From sequence record DRR723986_6897: DNA of 20,000 nucleotides. One strand, given 5' to 3'. This document shows positions 1-8,998 of the stretch, in pieces. A program made the translations under genes and the position numbers. Under the pieces are notes generated by a model. It had not been told where the DNA came from. It ran no database searches and was given only the letters and a program-made list of their open reading frames with translations. Within the stretch, counting starts at the first letter, position 1. Every line of letters begins with the position of its first letter.

Positions 1-495
1 CTCAAAAACCGACAGGTAATGCAGGGTGATACCATCAAGTTCACTAATGAAACGGCGCGCTATGGGGCGAGGGGTTTTGGCGCCAGCTTTCCTGAACATA
101 TTTTCGGTCATTGCCAACAATTGCTCTGCACGCGCTTGCATAGGGCGTTGCACAAGGGCCGCGAGGTCTGGTTGAAACATCAAACTGAGCTGGAATGTCA
201 GGAACTGTGTGTTGGTCTTCAGCGATTTACCGTATCGATCCAGAAAATCACGCAGCATTATTTGGTACCCTCCGCCCGTCGCCATTTCGCTGGCCACGGC
301 CATCATTGTTTCGCTTGCCTGCTCAATGATGGCTAGCAGTAGCGCTTCTTTACTATCGAAATAGTTATAGGTCAGGCCTTTTGACACCTTTGCTACCGCC
401 GCGATTTGGTTCACGGACGTGGCATGAAACCCTTGCTGTGCAAACAGAGTGAGCGCTGCCGTTAGGATTTTCTCTTTGCCGTCTTGGGGGCGCAT
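1..495 (-). CDS. TetR/AcrR family transcriptional regulator (3' end runs off the window)
   Basis: Not in the ORF track. Manual translation from ATG at 495 gives MRPQDGKEKILTAALTLFAQQGFHATSVNQIAAVAKVSKGLTYNYFDSKEALLLAII, a canonical TetR HTH. The frame stays open to position 1, and AAGG lies upstream. Confidence 0.95.
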   Translation of the reverse strand, partial: MRPQDGKEKILTAALTLFAQQGFHATSVNQIAAVAKVSKGLTYNYFDSKEALLLAIIEQASETMMAVASEMATGGGYQIMLRDFLDRYGKSLKTNTQFLTFQLSLMFQPDLAALVQRPMQARAEQLLAMTENMFRKAGAKTPRPIARRFISELDGITLHYLSVFE

Positions 496-534
496 TTTTG
501 CTTACCTTAGAGGTGGTATATAATTTAATTCTAA

Positions 535-560
535 TAAATGACCGACCGGTCAGTCATTTA
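535..560. promoter_or_regulatory. Probable TetR operator palindrome
   Basis: TAAATGACCGACCGGTCAGTCATTTA is a 26-bp inverted repeat with one mismatched pair, 40 bp upstream of the tetR start. A minus-strand TTGACA lies at 587-582. Confidence 0.75.
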
Positions 561-672
561 AATATGCTCTATTGGCAATGATGTCAAGAAAGTTTGGTGT
601 CCATTGCCAATTTTAGGGAATGGCGATAGGCTGTTCACGTGATTGGCAGAAAGTTAAATTAGGGGGCTCAAA

Positions 673-2721
673 ATGGGCAATCGTTCGACGATCAATTCAA
701 TTGTTATTGCGGGTGCTGCAGTTATCGCGCTTACAGGCGGCTTGGTAAATGCCGCTGATGATGCTGAAAATTCAAAGGTTCTTACCATTGACCATTTGGT
801 TGGCATGCAAACCCCGCGCGATGTGCAGCTTAGCCCTGATGGTGATTGGGTCGCTTATGTTGTGAGCCGAAACGATAGAGAGAAAGATCGTGGTTTTAGT
901 CAAATATGGATGACATCGACAGACGGTAAAACCACTTTACCGATGACGGCTTCTTACGCCAGTGCATCAAGCCCCCGCTGGAACCCTGATGGCAGCACGC
1001 TGGCATTTATAGGCAGGCGTGGCAGCGACAAAGACGCTAAATCGCAAGTGTGGCTCTTGAACCGTATGGGGGGAGAGGCGCAGCAATATACTCATATTGA
1101 ACAAGGGGTGTCGGGCTTTGCCTGGTCGCCGGACGGCACACGCATGGTGTTAAGCGTTCGTGACCCTGAGCCAAAGGCTGATGAAGATGATGAAGACAAA
1201 AAAGCCGCCAAAGACAGTCCCAAACCGTGGGTGATAGACCGCCTGCAGTTCAAGCGCGATTATGTTGGGTATCTGGACCGCAGGCGCAGTCATTTTTATG
1301 TGTTTGACGGCAAAGGCGATGCCGAACAAATCACCTTTGGTGATTATGATGACCGTGATCCGCAATGGAGCCCAGACGGCACACACATTGCTTTTACATC
1401 CAAACGCGACGGTGACCCTGACGCCAATACCAATAGCGATATTTGGGTGGTAAGTGCAAAAAAAGGGTTAGAGGACCGCCCCCTTGTTCAAGTAACCACA
1501 AACAAGGGGCCAGACAGCAACCCGGCCTGGTCGCCGGACGGCAAAACCATTGCTTACACAACATCAGTTGAGGTGGAAAAATTTTGGTACGCCACAGATC
1601 ATCTTGCGGTTATTGATGCCTCTGGCGGCGGGACAGCGCGTTTATTGACCCAAGAATATGATCGCATGGTCTCGAACCCTTCATTTTCCAACAACGGCAA
1701 ATCTATCTATTTTACATCGGCAGACGGCGGCAACCGCCCCTTAATGAAAATAGATGTGCGTAGCGGCAAAATGGAAACCATCACTGAAGGTGATGTGTCC
1801 GTGCGCGGCTTTGACATGCTGGGCAAAAATTTGATTGCAACCGTGCAAAGCAGCCATCATGCCCCTGCAGATGTGGTGCTACTGAAAGGTTCCAAATCCG
1901 TTCAGGTAACATCATTAAATGCCGCGTTACTTGATGGTGTTGAACTGGGCAATGTTGAACGTTTGAAAGTTGCGGGTTGGAACGGCGATATGGTTGAAAG
2001 CTTCGTTTACTACCCGCCGGGGTATACCGCAGGCACCTCTTATCCAACCATATTTGTACTCCACGGCGGCCCCGTAGCCCAGCATGACGCCAGCTTTGAT
2101 GCTTGGGGCCAATTATATGCCGCCAATGGTTACATTGCCGTGCTGCCAAACCCGCATGGCTCCAGTGGATACGGCCAAGCTTTCACCTACGCCCTTAACC
2201 GCCAATGGGGGGTGCCCGATTTTGCCGATGTAGATGCAGTAGCAGAGCATATGGTAAATGCGGGCATAAGTGACCCTGAAAAGCTGGGCGTTGGGGGTTG
2301 GTCTTACGGGGGCATTTTAACCAATTATGTCATTACAAAGTCTGACCGCTTTGCGGGTGCTGTAACTGGTGCCAGTGTGGTGAACCATTTGGCTAATTAC
2401 GGTCATGATATGTACCAAAATACATGGGAGGCCGAATTTGGTTTCCCGTGGGAGCAAAATGATGATCTGGATGCCATCGACATTTTCAGTAAACTTGGCA
2501 ATGTAACAACGCCTACTTTGGTGATGGGCGGCAAAGAAGACTGGAACGTGCCCATCCAAAACTCTGAGCAGATATATCAGGTGTTAAAGCGCCGGGGTAT
2601 TGATACACAGCTAGTGGTGTACCCTGGTGAGCATCATGGTTTCCGCCGTCCCAGTTTTCAGGTTGACCGCTATAAGCGTTTTCTGGGCTGGTTTAAAAAA
2701 TATGTGAAAGGTGAAGAATGA
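673..2721 (+). CDS. Exported S9 family serine peptidase (acylaminoacyl/dipeptidyl aminopeptidase-like)
   Basis: Signal peptide; PD40/TolB-like propeller repeats (WSPDG); HGGP oxyanion motif; nucleophile GWSYGG; Asp in EDWNVP; His in EHHGF. Confidence 0.95.
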   Translation: MGNRSTINSIVIAGAAVIALTGGLVNAADDAENSKVLTIDHLVGMQTPRDVQLSPDGDWVAYVVSRNDREKDRGFSQIWMTSTDGKTTLPMTASYASASSPRWNPDGSTLAFIGRRGSDKDAKSQVWLLNRMGGEAQQYTHIEQGVSGFAWSPDGTRMVLSVRDPEPKADEDDEDKKAAKDSPKPWVIDRLQFKRDYVGYLDRRRSHFYVFDGKGDAEQITFGDYDDRDPQWSPDGTHIAFTSKRDGDPDANTNSDIWVVSAKKGLEDRPLVQVTTNKGPDSNPAWSPDGKTIAYTTSVEVEKFWYATDHLAVIDASGGGTARLLTQEYDRMVSNPSFSNNGKSIYFTSADGGNRPLMKIDVRSGKMETITEGDVSVRGFDMLGKNLIATVQSSHHAPADVVLLKGSKSVQVTSLNAALLDGVELGNVERLKVAGWNGDMVESFVYYPPGYTAGTSYPTIFVLHGGPVAQHDASFDAWGQLYAANGYIAVLPNPHGSSGYGQAFTYALNRQWGVPDFADVDAVAEHMVNAGISDPEKLGVGGWSYGGILTNYVITKSDRFAGAVTGASVVNHLANYGHDMYQNTWEAEFGFPWEQNDDLDAIDIFSKLGNVTTPTLVMGGKEDWNVPIQNSEQIYQVLKRRGIDTQLVVYPGEHHGFRRPSFQVDRYKRFLGWFKKYVKGEE

Positions 2722-3230
2722 AATACGCAGCATTTATAGCAATGATGCTTGGAATGGCGTTTGCTGTTCAGGCGCAAGACACAACCCCAGAGCAGCGAAT
2801 AGCTGCAGCGGGGCATACACTGCCATCGGTTTCAGCCCCGGTTGCTAACTATGTAAAATGGCGTCGGGCGGGGAATATTTTGTACTTGTCTGGCCACGGA
2901 GAGTGCGGCGATGCGCTCACAGGCAAACTCGGTGCAGGACTAACTGTGCAGCAGGGGTATGATAGCGCCCAGCGCGTGGGTCTATGCATGCTGGCCACAA
3001 TCAAAAGTGCCGTTGGAGACCTTTCTGAAGTGAAACAGGTGTTGCAAATTATGGGCATGGTGAATGCCAGCCCTGACTTCACCCAGCAACCACAAGTAAT
3101 CAATGGCTTCTCTGACTTGTTTGTTGTGGCGTTTGGCGATGAGGGCAAGGGTGCGCGCGCGGCCGTTGGCATGGGCAGCTTGCCAAGTGGCATTGCGGTT
3201 GAAATTAGTGCTGTGGTTGAACTTAACTAG
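2718..3230 (+). CDS. Rid (YjgF/YER057c/UK114) family protein with N-terminal signal peptide
   Basis: Motifs PVANYV, LYLSGHG, VINGFSDL and GARAAVG-LP-GIAVEI, with the catalytic Arg retained. Leader MKYAAFIAMMLGMAFAVQA. ATGA overlap with the S9 stop codon. Confidence 0.9.
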   Translation: MKYAAFIAMMLGMAFAVQAQDTTPEQRIAAAGHTLPSVSAPVANYVKWRRAGNILYLSGHGECGDALTGKLGAGLTVQQGYDSAQRVGLCMLATIKSAVGDLSEVKQVLQIMGMVNASPDFTQQPQVINGFSDLFVVAFGDEGKGARAAVGMGSLPSGIAVEISAVVELN

Positions 3231-4937
3231 TTAGCCAGGCACCACATCGAATGCAACAGTTGTCCGGCGCTTGCCGGCTTCAATAGGCACGGTGCCATGC
3301 AGCATGTAGGAAGGAAACAGCACCAGGCGGCCTGGCACCGGTTTAACAAGCCGGTGGGGGCCTGTGTTGTTGGGGTCGAAGTATGCGTCCCCAAATTTTA
3401 ACCAGCCTTCGTGGTTCTTATCGTCTAATTCTGGCGGTACTTCCACATAGTAAACCGAGCTAATCCAACCGGAGGTGTGCACATGGTCATGGTGATAGCC
3501 TTCATCGCTTAGCTGCACACTCCAAGACCCTGAAAACTCAAAGGCGTCAGTAATTCGGTTGCGAAATTCAGCGGGTCCAACATCGCGCAAATGCTGGATA
3601 TATTGATTGATATATCCTTTTAGTTGATTTTCCAGCTGGTTAATTTCATTGCTTTTTTTGTTGAAAAGCATGCCGTGCGTTTGGGTGCCGTGGACAAGCG
3701 TTTGATCAATCGGTGCTGTTTCGGCCAAATGGTGTTCTTGCAGTGCCTTCAGCAAAGCGGCGTTGAAGTCTGCCTGCGTGGAAAAGCCAGACGGCGGGTC
3801 CACTTCATAAACCTGAACCAGGTCTTCACAGTTATTAACGCGCTCGGCTTCGGCGGCATTAACGTGAATGTTCGCTGTTGATAAGAACATCAAGCATTCT
3901 TGGTCTGCACTATCAATGGCTTTGCATTCGGACAAAACCTTTACCGCACGTTCATAATGCTGTGCACCGATTAAAGTGCGACCGTATGCTTTCAGCATGT
4001 TCACGTCGGTCGGGTCCAACTCGTAAGCATTTGCATAAAGCGGCAGGGCATCGAAGCTTGGGTCTAATTGCTGTTTTACATTTGCCAGCTCTGCATAAAC
4101 CCGCGCGTTGGGGCCAAATATTTCCAGGCACTCTTCCAGTTGCTTTGCTGCGTCATCCAGCTTGCCTGCTAGAATGCGAAAATAGGCAAACCGTAATCGC
4201 ATGATCAGCAAGCTGGGCAATGTTTCAATTGCGCGTTCGAAGCTCTTTAAGAAATTGGTATGTTCGCCGTGTTCCCAAAGGGCCTTGTTAAGGGTGTCGT
4301 GGGCATCAATGTAATGCCGCTTGATCACTACAGCCCTTTCATAATGGGTAAGTGCTTTACTGATATTGCCAGCATCATAATATGCGTTGCCGGCCAGCAA
4401 GTAGGCCTCGGCGTCTTTGCAGCCCGCGTTCAAGCATCTTTCGTGACATAATATGGCATCGTCCAATCGCCCCATTAGGCGAAGCACTTCACCCAGATAC
4501 GACAAGCCGATAGCGTCTGGTTGCATTTTTAATGCAGCTTGAATGATCGACCCTGCGTTGTCCAATGACCCCACCGACATCATGGCAAGGCCAACAATTA
4601 GAAGAAGGTTAGGGTTTGTGCCAAAGTTTGTAGTGCTATCGTTAACAATTTTAATGGCTTCATCTGGGCGGTTGCAATATAGCTCGGCGCGTGCGGCGCA
4701 GGCTACATTCGTGAGAGAGCTTTTGTTTTCATTATAGCTTGCAAGCGCAACAGCAGAGGCCAAATCCCGCGCCTGAATATCAATGAGCATATCAATGAAG
4801 GCTTTATGCTCAACGGCGGTGGGCCTAAATGTGCCTTGCTTGAAGGTGGCTATTGCCTCTATTTCATGGCCACGCCCAACAGCATGCAGCATACGCTGGC
4901 AACCTTCGGAAAAGTTACCGTCAAAAACCTGTTCCAC
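3231..4937 (-). CDS. TPR-repeat protein with C-terminal putative 2OG-Fe(II) oxygenase domain
   Basis: Multiple TPR-like helices, followed by SWSV...GYHHDHVH..GWISSVYY, LVLFPSYMLHGT and RTTVAFD (2OG-FeII_Oxy_5-like). GTG start preceded by GGAG. Confidence 0.88.
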   Translation of the reverse strand: MEQVFDGNFSEGCQRMLHAVGRGHEIEAIATFKQGTFRPTAVEHKAFIDMLIDIQARDLASAVALASYNENKSSLTNVACAARAELYCNRPDEAIKIVNDSTTNFGTNPNLLLIVGLAMMSVGSLDNAGSIIQAALKMQPDAIGLSYLGEVLRLMGRLDDAILCHERCLNAGCKDAEAYLLAGNAYYDAGNISKALTHYERAVVIKRHYIDAHDTLNKALWEHGEHTNFLKSFERAIETLPSLLIMRLRFAYFRILAGKLDDAAKQLEECLEIFGPNARVYAELANVKQQLDPSFDALPLYANAYELDPTDVNMLKAYGRTLIGAQHYERAVKVLSECKAIDSADQECLMFLSTANIHVNAAEAERVNNCEDLVQVYEVDPPSGFSTQADFNAALLKALQEHHLAETAPIDQTLVHGTQTHGMLFNKKSNEINQLENQLKGYINQYIQHLRDVGPAEFRNRITDAFEFSGSWSVQLSDEGYHHDHVHTSGWISSVYYVEVPPELDDKNHEGWLKFGDAYFDPNNTGPHRLVKPVPGRLVLFPSYMLHGTVPIEAGKRRTTVAFDVVPG

Positions 4938-5130
4938 GCCCCACTCCGTTACTCACCCAAGACAAACTTATTGTATAAACGTTAGTCGTTACTAAGCAAG
5001 TACCGATGGTTTTGCCGGGGACGAATTAACAGTTTTATCGACCAAATTAGGATGTTTTTACGCCGAAAAGTGACTCTTAGGCAGTAAAAAACTGACAATC
5101 AGACACCTAAGCGAAAGATGATATACAAAG

Positions 5131-5158
5131 AAAAACCTGACGCCCATAGGCGTCAGGT
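5131..5158 (-). terminator. Rho-independent terminator of the DUF305-LVIVD gene
   Basis: Perfect 10-bp stem ACCTGACGCC-cata-GGCGTCAGGT, followed on the minus strand by a T run, about 30 bp after the stop at 5190. Confidence 0.85.
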
Positions 5159-5189
5159 CTAATCGTTGGTTTATTGCTGTAGCTGTTGC

Positions 5190-7625
5190 TTAACGAAGTC
5201 GCGCAGCGATGGCGTTCAATGTTTCGCCAAGCGCTATAAGCCTTTCCTGTGTTTTAGCGTTTTCGCCTCCAGAAGCAAGGTCTGTAGCCAGTGCTTTCAA
5301 TTGATTTGCAGCACGACGGTTACGATCACCGCTTTCAAGGCTGGCCTCAGAGTTATCAAGCGCCTCATTCAAGTTGGCAACATCAGCCTTTGTCAGGGCA
5401 TTGCTGCGCTGAAGCTGGTCCATATAGGCGCGAGCAATTACCGGCTCGGCAGGCCAACTGACCGTGAATTGTTGCTGCGGGTTAAACACTTTCCCTTGGT
5501 CGGCAATCGTTGCGGCTTCAATTTCATTGGCGGTCAAATACTCGCTAGGTAGCAGGGCCATAACATCCAGGCCGCGCACAATTTCAGTGCCGTAAATTTT
5601 GCCCTTGTACCAATAGGTTGACCAGAAACCGCCGGTCACCAACACGTCTTCATGAATCGGTCCTCGGTCAAAGAAAGCAATTTCAACCGGGTTTGCAGAA
5701 TCGGTGAAGTCAATCACAGACAGGCCGCCCTGGTACCAAGCTTGCACGAAGATGTCTCGGCCCGGTACTGGCAGCGCAGAACCATTATGCGCCACACAAT
5801 TTTCAGTTTCTGACTGCGGAGCAGGCAACTTAAAGCGGCCTTTATATTCCAGCTTGCGATCAACGATGTCATAGAACACATCAGCGCCCCATGTTTTAGG
5901 GTCATGCGCCAAGCAGCGCGGACGTCCGCCGCCGCCCCACTCGTCGGTAAACAATACCTTGGTGCCGTCATTGTTGAAGGTGGCAGAGTGCCAATAAGCA
6001 AAACCGGGGTCTGTTACCGCGTCAATGCGGGTTGGGTTCAGCGGGTCAGAAATATCAAAGATAATGCCGTTACCCGAGCAGGCCCCTGCGGCAATTTTGG
6101 CGGCTGGGAATACCGTAATATCGTGGCATTGGTCTGTTTCGCTGGTTTCCTGTGTGTTGTCACCGTGGTCACCGCCTTGCCACAAACCGCCAAGCCTGCC
6201 GGTTTCGGGGTCTGCAAATACGGCTGGGCTGCTTACAATGCGAGACTGCGACGGGTCATCAACCGGAATTTCAATAACGTCAATGCGGAACAGAGCGGTT
6301 CTTTCATCACCCGGCACTCGGCCGACGCAGCCGGCCAGCTCCTCTTCGCTGCGCACAGAAGACGTGCCTGAGTTATAGACAATGATTTTGCCGTCTGTGC
6401 CTGGCCCGGACACAACCGAATGGGTGTGGGAGCCGCGGCATGTTTGCACCTGACCAACCTGCCTTGGTCGTCTTAGGTCGCTAATGTCAAAAATACGAAG
6501 GCCGCGGAAACGATCAGCACTGACATCTTCGCTGATACCTTGCAGGCCGCAATCAACCCGGCCGCGGGTCTGCTCCACTGACATGATCAGCAAGTCACCA
6601 ACAATGGAGATGTCTCCTTGTCCGCCGGGGCAAACGACAGAACTATAGAGTTTGGGCATACCGTCATCTTGCAGTTGGTATACGTTGAACCCATGATAGC
6701 TGCCCACAACCAGTTTATCGCCAGCGAAGGCCATGTCGGTGTTGGAAAAGCTCATGAACGGCGAGCGTTCACCGCGTTGAACTTCTTGTTCTTCGCCGCT
6801 CTCATCTGCATCGGTATCATCGGCTTCAATAACCGGGGGCAGGTCGGACGGATTGTTAGGGTCAAAAAATCCGGCAGGGCGGGGTAGCGTGGTCACAAGC
6901 TCAACATTCATTGCGGCCTCGCCCGCATCCCGGAACCCGGCTTTCAGGCCTGCGCGCGGATCATCTGACAATCCAACCAGCAGTGTCGTCATGCGCTTGA
7001 TTTCAGATGTTTGGTCGTTGGTAATGTCGCTAACAAATTCATACAAAATGGGATCGTAGGCCGAGCCAGATTGACTTAGCAGGTCGTTCACCATGGTGAT
7101 TGCGCCTTTATGGTGGGCAATCATTAATTCAAGAAACATACGGTCAAAATCGGTAGCAGTTGCCTCAGCTAATGCTGCCATTTGCGCAGGAGAAGCCATG
7201 CCAGCCATATCATGTGACATGTGCATGGCGTGATGCGCGGTTGGTGTGGGTTTGGCCTCGCCGCGCGCTTCAAGCCACTCTTGCATAAATTTAATTTCGT
7301 CTGCCTGCGAGGCATCAATGCGTCCGGCGATATCAATCAGTTCTGTTGTATTGGTGCGGTCTGCGACGAGCGCAGCCATTTGCACAGCTTGGTTATGGTG
7401 CGGGATCATATCCTGCATAAAGCGCACATCGGCGCTGGAATAGCTGTTGTTGGCGATCTCAATGGCTTTTTTTGCATCAAGCGCTTGTGCGGGCTTGCCC
7501 GGCGCACCCGGTTGCACAATGGGTGCGTCCTGCGCTGCAGCCATGCCTGCGTGTGCCATTAACGCCATGCTAACAGTTGCAGTTAAACAATATTTGCGAA
7601 AACCGTTTGTTTGAAATCTGATCAT
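5190..7625 (-). CDS. Exported DUF305 (ferritin-like) domain plus LVIVD-repeat beta-propeller protein
   Basis: Signal peptide from the ATG at 7625 (ORF track starts at 7664). DUF305 motifs DVRFMQDMIPHHNQAVQMA and FDRMFLELMIAHHKGA. LVIVD-like repeats GLRIFDISD, IIFDISDPLNP and LSVIDFTDSANP. Confidence 0.88.
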   Translation of the reverse strand: MIRFQTNGFRKYCLTATVSMALMAHAGMAAAQDAPIVQPGAPGKPAQALDAKKAIEIANNSYSSADVRFMQDMIPHHNQAVQMAALVADRTNTTELIDIAGRIDASQADEIKFMQEWLEARGEAKPTPTAHHAMHMSHDMAGMASPAQMAALAEATATDFDRMFLELMIAHHKGAITMVNDLLSQSGSAYDPILYEFVSDITNDQTSEIKRMTTLLVGLSDDPRAGLKAGFRDAGEAAMNVELVTTLPRPAGFFDPNNPSDLPPVIEADDTDADESGEEQEVQRGERSPFMSFSNTDMAFAGDKLVVGSYHGFNVYQLQDDGMPKLYSSVVCPGGQGDISIVGDLLIMSVEQTRGRVDCGLQGISEDVSADRFRGLRIFDISDLRRPRQVGQVQTCRGSHTHSVVSGPGTDGKIIVYNSGTSSVRSEEELAGCVGRVPGDERTALFRIDVIEIPVDDPSQSRIVSSPAVFADPETGRLGGLWQGGDHGDNTQETSETDQCHDITVFPAAKIAAGACSGNGIIFDISDPLNPTRIDAVTDPGFAYWHSATFNNDGTKVLFTDEWGGGGRPRCLAHDPKTWGADVFYDIVDRKLEYKGRFKLPAPQSETENCVAHNGSALPVPGRDIFVQAWYQGGLSVIDFTDSANPVEIAFFDRGPIHEDVLVTGGFWSTYWYKGKIYGTEIVRGLDVMALLPSEYLTANEIEAATIADQGKVFNPQQQFTVSWPAEPVIARAYMDQLQRSNALTKADVANLNEALDNSEASLESGDRNRRAANQLKALATDLASGGENAKTQERLIALGETLNAIAARLR

Positions 7626-7732
7626 TGGACGTGTCCCTTTAAACCTAAGTTTGACCCAGTTCACACGTTACCCGATTTTGCCAAAAAGGCAAAAAGGATG
7701 GTGTTTAGCTTCTTGCTCGGCGCTCACTCCAT

Positions 7733-7775
7733 TTGTCCGGACAAGAAAGAGGGCGCATAATCTCGTGTCCTGACA
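7733..7775 (+). promoter_or_regulatory. Sigma70-like promoter overlapped by two palindromic operators
   Basis: TTGTCC(7733-7738)-N17-CATAAT(7756-7761). Palindromes TTGTCCGGACAA (7733-7744) and TGTCCTGACA (7766-7775), with centres 32 bp apart. Confidence 0.65.
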
Positions 7776-7855
7776 GCTTATTTCTCGCAAAATGTATTGC
7801 GGTTCAACATATTTGTTGCATCAAAAAATAAACGATCAAAACGCGAGGAAACAAA

Positions 7856-8998
7856 ATGAAAAAAGCAATGACAGTCGCCCTTATGGGCGCAAGCCTCTTC
7901 AGTGGTGCTGCACAGGCATATAAGGGTATGGAAAACCTAAATATTGAGGCCATTTGCGCCAGCGAGGCCATCGAATGTTTGATGAGCGATGCGGGCGTCG
8001 TGGTTGGTAGGCCCGGCTCAACAGCTGCATATTCAGCAGGCATCGATAGAGCCGCCGCTAGCTTTGAGCGGTTTTTTGGCAGTGAAGCACCTAAGGCGGC
8101 GGTAGTGTTGGGTGAAGTGGCAGATGCCGACATTCGTAGCAGTTTGTTGGAAGCTTATCCGGTTGTGTTGCCATGGCTCACCATTAAAGACCGCGAAGCT
8201 ATGGTAGCTAGCGGTGTGCGCGCGGAGGTTTTGCGGCAATATCCTGATATTGACGAAGCAACGCTTGAGGCCACAGTGGCGCGGTCGGTGAAGGCCACCT
8301 TGAATGCAAGTAGTCCCGGTGCAGGTGCAGAAGGTGTCCATGGCAGTGGTGCGGATGATGTGCACCAAGGTGTATTCGCGCACGAGCTTGGCCATTTGTA
8401 TTTCATTGAAACCTTCTGGCCGGAAGAGAATTTGAATGTGCTTGATACTCATGCAGGCGACGTATCCCGCTATGCCGGCCCCGGTCCCGACTGGCTGGAC
8501 GAGATGGCAGCCGTACTAATGGAAAATAAAGCGCTGACAAGGGGCAGGGAGGCTGGCCTTAAAACCGTTTCAGAAAGCGCTGATTTTGGCGCCATATGGC
8601 CGCTTAAAACTTACTTCACCATGGGTCATCCGGCGTTTGAGCAAGCTCGTGCTTTGATAGAAGCGCGACAGAAAACCGCCGCAGGCAGGGCACAAGGCAA
8701 TGTGGTCATCCTGTCACGGGAGGACTTGAACACTCGCGATGATGGTCGCAACGCAGCAATGTTTTACTCACAGTCTCGCGGGTTTGCAGACTATATGATT
8801 GAGACCACAAACAACGAGCAGATTTTTGCAGAAATTGCTAGGTATATTGCTGATGGCGCCAGCATGGAGAGTTGGCTACAAAAGTTTGGCGCATCGCATG
8901 GTCTAGTGAAAACCGTTCCAGCGCTTGAGGCTGATTTTCAGATGTGGCTAAAGGAACGATATAGCGACAGCGAAACTAGTTTGAATAGTCATACCTAG
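7856..8998 (+). CDS. Secreted putative zinc metallopeptidase (HEXXH, gluzincin/peptidase MA-like)
   Basis: Signal peptide ending AQA; FAHELGH; downstream PDWLDEMAA supplying a candidate third-ligand Glu; FYSQS Tyr motif. RBS GAGGA. Confidence 0.7.
   Translation: MKKAMTVALMGASLFSGAAQAYKGMENLNIEAICASEAIECLMSDAGVVVGRPGSTAAYSAGIDRAAASFERFFGSEAPKAAVVLGEVADADIRSSLLEAYPVVLPWLTIKDREAMVASGVRAEVLRQYPDIDEATLEATVARSVKATLNASSPGAGAEGVHGSGADDVHQGVFAHELGHLYFIETFWPEENLNVLDTHAGDVSRYAGPGPDWLDEMAAVLMENKALTRGREAGLKTVSESADFGAIWPLKTYFTMGHPAFEQARALIEARQKTAAGRAQGNVVILSREDLNTRDDGRNAAMFYSQSRGFADYMIETTNNEQIFAEIARYIADGASMESWLQKFGASHGLVKTVPALEADFQMWLKERYSDSETSLNSHT

Noticed and set aside
19-336. 105-aa plus-strand ORF
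   Set aside because: It is the antisense shadow of the TetR gene.
3224-3233. Palindrome TAACTAGTTA at the Rid/TPR junction
   Set aside because: It is explained by abutting convergent stop codons. There is no GC stem or other evidence of function.
5166-7562. Numerous short ORFs overlapping the DUF305-LVIVD gene (and similar ones within other long genes)
   Set aside because: They are antisense or alternate-frame shadows with no recognisable motifs.
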